Shown: positions 1 to 7,904 of the stretch, in pieces | Position numbering within the stretch: position 1 is the first letter of the stretch | How the letters are laid out: each line of letters starts with the position of its first letter | Origin: Candidatus Yanofskybacteria bacterium | GTDB taxonomy: Bacteria > Patescibacteriota > Minisyncoccia > 2-02-FULL-40-12 > IGHO2-01-FULL-4-A | Assembly (NCBI GenBank): GCA_016181175.1 | Contig: JACOZV010000001.1 | Coordinates: 4,643-68,642, forward strand | Reading direction: 5' to 3' | Length of the DNA: 64,000 nucleotides | Translations under genes and position numbers: made by a program | Notes under the pieces: generated by a model | Databases searched by the model: none | What the model saw: only the letters and a program-made list of their open reading frames with translations | Told to the model about the DNA's origin: nothing

Positions 1-44
1 ATGTCCCAAGCCCCGAAGGGTAAAAGGAAAAAGCTACAAGTGTA

Positions 45-734
45 CTACGAAACTACCTCGCGGGCACGCAGAGCGCCGCTGGCATCGCCCGGATCGTACC
101 AGTCCACGCCGACCCCGCCGCTGAACTTGCTGAAGCTGACGCGAGGCACACCGCCGCCGCGATAGCGTGAACCCGAACAAAGCGTCGCCTTCTTGACATC
201 CAGATGCCGCCCCGTCTCCTTGAAGAACTTGAGTCCATACAAGAACCTCTCAAGGAGAGTAATGCCGAGAATGCCGCGCTCGCAAATCTGGTCTGCCGAT
301 TTGTTCTTCCATTCCTCATCGGCCTCCACACGTTCGCGCAACCAGATGGCATAATTACCATCGGCCGGATTGCGATCATTTTCAGTCACGACCGAATCGA
401 GGTCTTCGTTCGTCCATTTCCAGCAGGGAAATGCTCCGATGCAGACATTGTACACCTGCTGAATCTTGATGCCTTGCGGCACCGCGATCAAGCGGTCAAA
501 ACCCCGCCGCTTGGCCGGAATCTTGAGACCGGTGAAATCAACTGCGATACCAAGTTCGCGGTAAAGTGCCGACCACTGGGCAAGTACTTCCCCGCGACTC
601 TCGAACGGGTTGCGCCGGTTGACGAACAAATCCAACTCCTACGGCGTAATTGATCCATGCTTTAGCTTACTGCACAGGTCGCCTATCATGCCAAGCACAT
701 CGCCCGACACGTTTCCGATTATGTTTTCTGCCAT
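45..734 (-). pseudogene. CLec-fold, DGR-target-like protein interrupted by an in-frame TAG (639-641)
   Basis: AAGGAG SD precedes ATG at 734; the frame reads MAENIIGNVSG...GSITP*ELDLF straight into ORF 45..635. The C-terminus GGVPRVSF...VGVDWYDPGDASGALRAREVVS resembles DGR variable regions. Confidence 0.55.
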
Positions 735-855
735 AACCAGTTCTCCTTGGTTTTTAAGGTAACCAACCTTATTTTACTACATTTTAATTATAACAAATTA
801 TAGAATAAAATGCAAGGGGTTTACATGGTTAGGTAAATTCACATAAAATTAAGTA

Positions 856-1860
856 ATGATTCGTATCGCAATCAACGGTTTTGGTAGAATAGGTCGGATA
901 TTTTTCAGGCAAGCATTCGGCAATGCCGATTTGAATGTTGTCGCAATTAATGATTTGGGAACACCGGAAAATTTAGCTTACTTACTTAAATACGATACTG
1001 TTTATGGCCGTTATGAAAAAGAGGTAACACATAAAGACGGTGCACTAATTATTGACGACAAAGAAATCAAAATTCTTAACGAGAAAGACCCGGCAAAACT
1101 TCCATGGAAAGATCTCGACATAGATATAGTTATAGAATCAACAGGGATATTTGATTCGCGAGAACTTGCTATGCCACATCTGGATGCCGGCGCTAAGCGG
1201 GTAATTATTACCGCTCCGGCCAAAGATGAAATAACTCCAACAGCCACGCCGGGCCTTCTTGAAAATACAAAGTTAGACAAAATTACCTCAAACGCTTCCT
1301 GCACGACAAATGCCGTTAATCCGGTAATGGCTATAATGATGGCGAATCCGGGCGTGCAAAAAGCAATACTTACAACCGTCCATGGTTATACCGCGACACA
1401 GGGCCTTGTAGATGGCCCGGACAAGAAGGGCGATTTCCGCCGCGCCCGTGCGGCGGCGCAAAATATAGTGCCCTCAACGACTGGAGCGGCGGCGGCCACA
1501 GCGCGAGTTTTACCCGGCCTTACCGGCAAATTTGACGGCTTATCGCTTCGAGTCCCGATAATTTCCGGCTCGCTTATCGATATCACCTTTTTGTCAGCCA
1601 GACCAACTTCGGCTGAAGAAATAAATAATATCTTCCGCGAGGCAGCATCTCAAGTGCAATGGAAGGGGATAATGACCATTACCGAAGATCCGATTGTGTC
1701 ATCTGATATTTTGCGCAACCCTCACGGTTCAATTATTGATTTGGCTCTGACCCGCGTAGTTGACGGCGATTTAGTAAAGATATTTTCCTGGTATGATAAT
1801 GAGTGGGGATATGGGGCAATGCTCTTGAAACACGTTCTTACGGTAGCGCAAATTTTGTAA
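856..1860 (+). CDS. gap: Glyceraldehyde-3-phosphate dehydrogenase, type I
   Basis: INGFGRIGR, SNASCTTN active site, SWYDNEWGY. Confidence 0.97.
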   Translation: MIRIAINGFGRIGRIFFRQAFGNADLNVVAINDLGTPENLAYLLKYDTVYGRYEKEVTHKDGALIIDDKEIKILNEKDPAKLPWKDLDIDIVIESTGIFDSRELAMPHLDAGAKRVIITAPAKDEITPTATPGLLENTKLDKITSNASCTTNAVNPVMAIMMANPGVQKAILTTVHGYTATQGLVDGPDKKGDFRRARAAAQNIVPSTTGAAAATARVLPGLTGKFDGLSLRVPIISGSLIDITFLSARPTSAEEINNIFREAASQVQWKGIMTITEDPIVSSDILRNPHGSIIDLALTRVVDGDLVKIFSWYDNEWGYGAMLLKHVLTVAQIL

Positions 1861-2720
1861 TGCCGCATCTTCATGAAGAAAAAATAAAAGAACTTGAAGA
1901 ACTTGCAAATAAAGCTCGGCAACTTTTGATTGAAGAACTTGTTGAAGCAGGCTCTGGTCACACTGCAGGACCACTTGGTATGACTGACGTTTTTACAGCT
2001 TTTTATTTCCACATTCTCAACCACAATCCAAAAAATCCTGAATGGGAAGACCGTGATCGCTTAATACTTTCAAATGGACACATATGCCCGATTCGTTATG
2101 CGCTTATGGCCATGTCCGGGTATTTTCCGATAGAAGAATTAAAAACATTACGTAAATTCGGCTCACGCCTACAAGGTCATCCTGAACGCGAAAAATTGCC
2201 CGGCGTGGAAACAACTTCAGGCCCGCTCGGTTCCGGCTTGGGACAATCTTGCGGTATCGCCTACGGCGCACGCATGGACGGAAAGAAATTCCGCACTTAT
2301 TGCTTTATGTCGGATGGCGAACATGATGCAGGCAATTTGTGGGAGTCAGCTCTTTTTGCCGGAAAAAACAAATTGTCAAATCTTACCGGGCTGGTTGACC
2401 GCAACAACATACAAATAGACGGCATGACTGAAAATATAATGCCGCTTGAACCGCTTAAAGATAAATATGAGGCATTTGGCTGGCATGTGCTTGAAATCAA
2501 CGGACACAACTTTGAAGAGATAGTGGACGCCGCTGAGCAAGCCAAAGCCATATACGAAAAACCAACTGTAATAATTTCACATAATATACCTGGAAAAGGC
2601 ATTTCAGAAATTGAATTTGATTATCTCTGGCACGGCAAACCGCCCAAACCGGAAGAGGGCAAAAAATTTCTTGAAGAATTAAGAACGCTTGGCGGGAAAA
2701 TACAATCGGAACATCAATAA
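1860..2720 (+). CDS. Transketolase, N-terminal (TPP-binding) subunit
   Basis: GSGH, DRDRLILSNGH, LQGHP, SGPLGSGLG, SDGE motifs. Start placed at the ATG overlapping the gap stop (TAATG). Confidence 0.93.
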   Translation: MPHLHEEKIKELEELANKARQLLIEELVEAGSGHTAGPLGMTDVFTAFYFHILNHNPKNPEWEDRDRLILSNGHICPIRYALMAMSGYFPIEELKTLRKFGSRLQGHPEREKLPGVETTSGPLGSGLGQSCGIAYGARMDGKKFRTYCFMSDGEHDAGNLWESALFAGKNKLSNLTGLVDRNNIQIDGMTENIMPLEPLKDKYEAFGWHVLEINGHNFEEIVDAAEQAKAIYEKPTVIISHNIPGKGISEIEFDYLWHGKPPKPEEGKKFLEELRTLGGKIQSEHQ

Positions 2721-2756
2721 TTAATTTATAAGTTTTAAATCGAAAGGAGGTGTCAT

Positions 2757-3035
2757 ATGATGCACGGAAATTGTAAATGTTTTCACCATATTGTTGCTAA
2801 GATTTTAATGGCTTTGGCTTGGGTAGCCGCGGTTTTGTTTTTTGTCAGCGGATCGGACGGAATGGTTTGGGGCATGGATGCCGACCAGTATTTCCAACTG
2901 GTTGTTTTGTTCAGCTTGCTTTTGTTCGGGACGGTATTTTGCGACTGCTGCAAAAAGTCCATGATGATACATGGCGGTATGTCCTGCCCGGCTTGCGAGG
3001 GCAAGGGCGGAGAACACACGCATGGTCATATGTAA
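2757..3035 (+). CDS. Small Cys/His-rich protein with two TM segments
   Basis: Strong SD AAGGAGGTG; two hydrophobic segments; CxCxHH, CxCC, CxxC and HxHxH clusters. Confidence 0.75.
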   Translation: MMHGNCKCFHHIVAKILMALAWVAAVLFFVSGSDGMVWGMDADQYFQLVVLFSLLLFGTVFCDCCKKSMMIHGGMSCPACEGKGGEHTHGHM

Positions 3036-3090
3036 AAGTGGTAATCGGTTTTCGGCTATCTTTTTGGGTAGCCGAAGGCGGGTAACCAAC

Positions 3091-4077
3091 ATGAACACTA
3101 AATTAGTCGAGAATTTGTCAGACAAATCAAAGTTAGAAATGAAACCAACCCGGGACGGTTACGGTTTAGGTTTGGTTGAGGCGGGAGAAAAAGACGAGCG
3201 AATCGTCATCTTGTCTGCTGACCTGACCGAATCAACGCGTTCTCTTGGTTTTGCTGAAAAATTTCCAGAAAGATTTATAGAACTTGGAGTCGCTGAACAA
3301 AATATGGCAACCGTCGCGGCTGGACTGGCAAATTACGGCAAGATTCCATTTATATCTTCTTATGCTGTTTTTTCTCCCGGACGCAATAACGAACAAATTA
3401 GAACTACGATATCACTAAATAACCTGCCGGTTAAAATCGGCGGCGCTCATGCTGGAATCTCTGTTGGTCCTGACGGCGCTACACATCAGGCGCTTGAAGA
3501 TATCGCCTTGATGCGCGTCCAACCCAACATGGTAGTACTGGTACCCTGTGACGCGATTGAGGCTCAAAAAGCAACTTTTGCCGCAGCATTTAATAACAAA
3601 CCGACATACATAAGATTCGGCAGGGAAAAGTCAGCGGTTTTTACTACCGAGGACACATCATTTGAAATTGGCAAAGCACTTATGTTTCGTGACGGTAAAG
3701 ATGTTGCAATTATCGGCTGCGGCATGTTACTTTATAACGCGCTTGTCGCCGCAGAAGAATTATCCAAAGACGGTATTGAATGCACGGTCATCAACTCGCA
3801 TACGATCAAACCGCTTGATGAATCAACCATAATTACGGCCGCCAAGAAGTGCGGCGCGGTAGTCAGCGTAGAAGAACATCAGATAACCGGTGGCCTGGGT
3901 TCTGCGGTTGCTGAATGTTTGGCACGCAATTATCCGGTACCCCAAGAATTCATCGGTGTCCATGATCGCTTCGGAGAATCCGGCAAGCCAGACGAACTGA
4001 TTGAACATTTTGGCATGGGAATTGACTCAATTAAAAAAGCCGTGAAAAAAGCAATCTCAAGAAAAACAGCCCGCTAG
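3091..4077 (+). CDS. Transketolase, C-terminal subunit
   Basis: ADLTES, GVAEQNM, GPDGATHQALED, EEHQITGGLGSAV. Start moved to ATG 3091. Confidence 0.93.
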   Translation: MNTKLVENLSDKSKLEMKPTRDGYGLGLVEAGEKDERIVILSADLTESTRSLGFAEKFPERFIELGVAEQNMATVAAGLANYGKIPFISSYAVFSPGRNNEQIRTTISLNNLPVKIGGAHAGISVGPDGATHQALEDIALMRVQPNMVVLVPCDAIEAQKATFAAAFNNKPTYIRFGREKSAVFTTEDTSFEIGKALMFRDGKDVAIIGCGMLLYNALVAAEELSKDGIECTVINSHTIKPLDESTIITAAKKCGAVVSVEEHQITGGLGSAVAECLARNYPVPQEFIGVHDRFGESGKPDELIEHFGMGIDSIKKAVKKAISRKTAR

Positions 4078-4088
4078 CGGACTTTTTT

Positions 4089-4643
4089 CTATATTAGCTC
4101 TCGGATTTTTGCCAAATCCTCTCTGAATACCGGCTCCCAATTTATGTTGCGCAAAATTGCTGCCGGATGATAAACAATGAGGATTTTACGATCGGTTCCG
4201 TTTATCTTTTTGTTTATGATTTTTCCGTGATTCATGGACATGCTACCCTCAATACCTAAGCCGGTCATTGAAATGCGCCCGAGCAGAACTATCAACTTAG
4301 GACTTACGATATCAATCTCTTTTTCAAGAGCTGGACGAAACCTTTCTATCTCCTCCGGGGTTGGAGTGAGCGTCCCGCCTGATCCATCTTGCGGTCGATA
4401 CTTCACAATATTGCTTACGTAAAAATCTGATCTTTTCCAGCCGAGTTTTTCAAGTGTGGCATTAAGTAACTTGCCGGCACGTCCGACAAATGGCTTGCCC
4501 TGCACCTCTTCATCTTTACCAGGCGCCTCGCCGATTATCATCACCTCTTTATCCGGTGACCCGTCGTTAAAAACAAGCTTTTTTTCCGGATAAGCTTTTT
4601 TGATTGCATTAAAAATATATTGTAATTTTTGCTCTTTTGTCAT
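4089..4643 (-). CDS. Uracil-DNA glycosylase, family 4-like
   Basis: [25 protein letters not shown]; Fe-S cysteines absent. Start moved to MTKEQ to avoid overlapping the tRNA. Confidence 0.88.
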   Translation of the reverse strand: MTKEQKLQYIFNAIKKAYPEKKLVFNDGSPDKEVMIIGEAPGKDEEVQGKPFVGRAGKLLNATLEKLGWKRSDFYVSNIVKYRPQDGSGGTLTPTPEEIERFRPALEKEIDIVSPKLIVLLGRISMTGLGIEGSMSMNHGKIINKKINGTDRKILIVYHPAAILRNINWEPVFREDLAKIRELI

Positions 4644-4695
4644 TGATTTCGTGCTATTTTTCTGATATTCTATCATGGAATCAATAATATTAAGA

Positions 4696-4766
4696 GGGCG
4701 CATAGTTTAGTGGTAAAACAGGGATCTGATAAGTCCCAGTCCCAGATTCGATTTCTGGTGCGCCCA
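4696..4766 (+). tRNA. tRNA-Ile(GAT)
   Basis: Acceptor GGGCGCA/TGCGCCC; anticodon arm GGGAT-CTGATAA-GTCCC; T arm CCAGA-TTCGATT-TCTGG. Confidence 0.92.
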
Positions 4767-4777
4767 CAATGGTCATA

Positions 4778-4891
4778 ATCCTGCTCCGCAGGATAAGTCC
4801 TACCGAATTTTTATACGTCCTCAACAGAGCTCGGACTAAAATTCGGGGTTGAAATGAAGCAGATTCATTTCAACCGCCTAGTGCGCGCACA
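4778..4891 (+). repeat. tRNA-linked three-hairpin element A, ending in an imperfect tRNA 3'-end copy
   Basis: Same layout and linkers as 47179-47302; CCTAGTGCGCGCACA matches the tRNA-Ile end TCTGGTGCGCCCACA at 12/15. Confidence 0.75.
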
Positions 4892-4900
4892 AAAGTACTC

Positions 4901-4972
4901 GGGCTGGTAGTTCAGCGGTAGAACGCTGCTTTTGCAAAGCAGAGGTCGGGGGTCCGACTCCCCCCCAGTCCA
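4901..4972 (+). tRNA. tRNA-Ala(TGC)
   Basis: Acceptor GGGCTGG/CCAGTCC with G3:U70; anticodon arm CTGCT-TTTGCAA-AGCAG. Confidence 0.92.
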
Positions 4973-4996
4973 CAGGAAAAATATAAAAAATTTTCT

Positions 4997-6970
4997 GTGG
5001 AAAATATTCTCAAAGATCTTAATGATAAACAAATTGAGGCAGTACGGGCCATAGAAGGCCCGGTTTTAATATTGGCCGGAGCTGGTAGCGGAAAGACTCG
5101 CGCGCTAACACATCGCATGGCCCACATGATTGAACAAAGCATACCAGCGCACAATATCCTCGCCATCACATTCACCAACAAAGCCGCCGGGGAAATCAAA
5201 GACAGAATTTACTCACTTTTAGGACCGGCAGAACGGCAACCGGCAGCTAGCCCATGGATGGGGACATTCCATTCAATTTGTTTGAGAATTTTACGTCATG
5301 AAATTAAAAATCTCGGCTATACGGCTAACTTTGTCATCTATGACGAGGATGATCAACTATCTTTAATCAAAAATGTGATGCAAGAGTTAGAAGTTGAGAC
5401 CAAAAAGTTTAACCCCAAAAATATACTTGGCCGCATTTCGGCGTTTAAAAGCGAACTGGTCAACTATGAAGAGTTCGAGGGTAAAGCGCGCGAGTATTTT
5501 GAAAAAATCGTTGCCCCTATTTATGCCGGCTACCAAATAGCTCTCAAAAAAAACAACGCTTTGGATTTTGATGATCTGATCATGCTCTGTGTTAGGCTCT
5601 TCCAAGAAAACCCGCAAATACTTGAAAAATATCAAAATATTTTCCGATATATACTCGTTGACGAATATCAAGACACCAACCACAGCCAATATATTTGGAT
5701 TAATCTTCTTGCTCAAAGGCACAGAAATCTTTTCGTAATAGGTGATGATTACCAGAGTATCTACTCATTTCGTCTAGCCAACATCCGCAATATTTTAGAC
5801 TTTGAAAAAGACTACCCGGAAGCCAAGGTTATAATGCTTGAACAAAACTATCGCTCTACTCAAAACATATTGGCCGCCGCTAACAACATCATCATTCAAA
5901 ACAAAAATCAAAAACATAAAAAACTTTGGACTGAAAATAACGCTGGTGAGGAAATAATACTCAAGGAAACGGCTAACGAGCGGCGGGAAGGTGACTATGT
6001 GATTGAAATGATAAAAAGCAACCTGAAACAGGGTCGTGACTTGCAGGACTTCACAGTCCTGTATCGTACTCACGCACAATCACGCGCCGTTGAAGAAGCG
6101 ATGATCAAACACGGCTTGCCTTATCGCGTTGTAGGCGGGGTTAAGTTTTATCAAAGACGGGAAATAAAAGATATTCTGGCTTATCTGCGGCTGGCAATCA
6201 ATCCGAATGATCTTGTAAGCTGGGACAGAATTTATAACGTGCCTGGCCGTGGCATAGGCCAAACAACCTGGCAAAAAATAAAAGAGGCGACAAAACAAAA
6301 CACGTTAAAAACAGTAAAAGATATTACTTCTGAATCCGGCATCGGTCAAAAACAAACAACCGCCCTAAAATCGCTTGGCAAACTCATCGAAGAATTGTCA
6401 CAAAAATCTTCTGAATTCTCCCCGTCCCAACTGATTAAATATGTTCTGCAAAAAACCAGCTATGAATCTTACATCAATGACAAAACAACCGACGGAGAAG
6501 AACGCTGGGAAAACGTCAAGGAAATCTTTACCGCTACTCATAAGTATGATGGTGAAAAACCGCTAGAAGGTCTCGGCAAATTCTTAGAAGAAGTAGCATT
6601 AATTCAGGAAACCGACAAAATTGAAAAAGGGAAAAATCTGATTAGTTTGATGACTGTCCATTCGGCCAAAGGTTTGGAATTCCCCGTTGTTTTCATGATA
6701 GGTATGGAAGATGGTATTTTCCCGCACTCACGCGCGTTATTTGAACCGACTGAATTAGAAGAAGAAAGACGGCTTTGCTATGTCGGGGTAACGCGCGCCA
6801 AAGAAAGGCTGTATTTAACTTACTGCCGAGAACGCGCCTTATACGGCTCCACCCAATTCAATCCGCCATCAAGATTTTTGTTTGAAATACCGGAACATCT
6901 GGTAAGTTTCTCGCCGCTTAAACAAATTGAATATGCGAGGGATTGGGATGATAAAATTGATTATTACTAA
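4997..6970 (+). CDS. pcrA: ATP-dependent DNA helicase PcrA/UvrD
   Basis: AGAGSGKT, TFTNKAA, VDEYQD, QNYRST, TVHSAKGLEF, EERRLCYVGVTRA. Confidence 0.95.
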   Translation: MENILKDLNDKQIEAVRAIEGPVLILAGAGSGKTRALTHRMAHMIEQSIPAHNILAITFTNKAAGEIKDRIYSLLGPAERQPAASPWMGTFHSICLRILRHEIKNLGYTANFVIYDEDDQLSLIKNVMQELEVETKKFNPKNILGRISAFKSELVNYEEFEGKAREYFEKIVAPIYAGYQIALKKNNALDFDDLIMLCVRLFQENPQILEKYQNIFRYILVDEYQDTNHSQYIWINLLAQRHRNLFVIGDDYQSIYSFRLANIRNILDFEKDYPEAKVIMLEQNYRSTQNILAAANNIIIQNKNQKHKKLWTENNAGEEIILKETANERREGDYVIEMIKSNLKQGRDLQDFTVLYRTHAQSRAVEEAMIKHGLPYRVVGGVKFYQRREIKDILAYLRLAINPNDLVSWDRIYNVPGRGIGQTTWQKIKEATKQNTLKTVKDITSESGIGQKQTTALKSLGKLIEELSQKSSEFSPSQLIKYVLQKTSYESYINDKTTDGEERWENVKEIFTATHKYDGEKPLEGLGKFLEEVALIQETDKIEKGKNLISLMTVHSAKGLEFPVVFMIGMEDGIFPHSRALFEPTELEEERRLCYVGVTRAKERLYLTYCRERALYGSTQFNPPSRFLFEIPEHLVSFSPLKQIEYARDWDDKIDYY

Positions 6971-6980
6971 TAATCCCCAA

Positions 6981-7811
6981 ATGAGTTTAGTCACTGAAAT
7001 TAAAAATGAACTTAATCAGCTCGGATTAAAACCCAAAAAATCGCTTGGGCAGAATTTTTTAATAAACGAGGGGATTTACAAAAAAATTATAGATATTGCT
7101 GAAATCAAACCAAGTGAAACTATTGTTGAAATCGGACCGGGGCTGGGAACATTGACTGAATATATAGCTGGTTCAAACGCTCGCCTTTTAGGCATAGAAA
7201 AAGATGAAAATTTGGCAATTTATCTCAAAAAAAAATTTGAAAACCGTATTAACATCAAAATTCTCCAAGAAGACATATTAAAATTTGACCCCGTAAAAAA
7301 CGGGTTAGAAACTCGCGGCTATAAACTTTTAGGGAATATTCCATACTATTTAACTTCGCATCTGATCAGATTAGTACTTGGGGAATGGCCGTTGCCCAAG
7401 TTGATGGTTTTGATGGTACAAAAGGAAGTCGCCCAACGAATCATTGCGAAACCGCCGAATACGAATTTGCTCGCGGTATCAATCCAATATTATGCCAGAG
7501 TGGAGATCGCTGGCATGGTCTCGAAGGGAAGCTTTTGGCCGCAACCCGAGGTTGATTCTGCTATAATAAAGCTAACGCCAAAAACCGAAATACCAGAGGC
7601 CGAAGAAACAGAAAGGTTTTTTAAAGTATCAAAGGCGGGATTTTCCGGCACAAGAAAACAACTTATAAATACTTTGTCGGGCGGATTAAAATTATCTAGG
7701 GGAATAGTAAGCTCAAAGCTCCTTTCGCTAGGTATCGCCACTCAAAGACGTGCCGAAACATTAACTCTAGACGAATGGCAAAATATCGCTACCTCGCTCT
7801 TGCCCCGTTAG
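6981..7811 (+). CDS. rsmA: 16S rRNA adenine dimethyltransferase RsmA/KsgA
   Basis: KKSLGQNFL, EIGPGLG, GNIPYY, QKEVAQR, RRAETL. Confidence 0.95.
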   Translation: MSLVTEIKNELNQLGLKPKKSLGQNFLINEGIYKKIIDIAEIKPSETIVEIGPGLGTLTEYIAGSNARLLGIEKDENLAIYLKKKFENRINIKILQEDILKFDPVKNGLETRGYKLLGNIPYYLTSHLIRLVLGEWPLPKLMVLMVQKEVAQRIIAKPPNTNLLAVSIQYYARVEIAGMVSKGSFWPQPEVDSAIIKLTPKTEIPEAEETERFFKVSKAGFSGTRKQLINTLSGGLKLSRGIVSSKLLSLGIATQRRAETLTLDEWQNIATSLLPR

Positions 7812-7904
7812 AATTTTAGGATCAATTGTAAGATAATCGTGGCTGTCTTTGTTTGAAGTTACTAAATGGGAAAATGACAAAACAAAAACTAATTCTAACG
7901 GGGC
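7802..7904. mobile_element. MITE-like element with CCCGTTAGA/TCTAACGGG ends
   Basis: 14-bp perfect inverted repeat GCCCCGTTAGAATT (7802-7815) / AATTCTAACGGGGC (7891-7904); contains the rsmA stop and the lnt start. Confidence 0.7.

Noticed and set aside
639-641. Genome-wide TAG recoding
   Set aside because: TAG ends normal genes here (tktC, rsmA, lnt, dnaN), so one internal TAG is more likely a mutation or an error
204-653. 149-aa plus-strand ORF
   Set aside because: Antisense shadow of the GC-rich minus-strand gene that has the SD and family-like motifs
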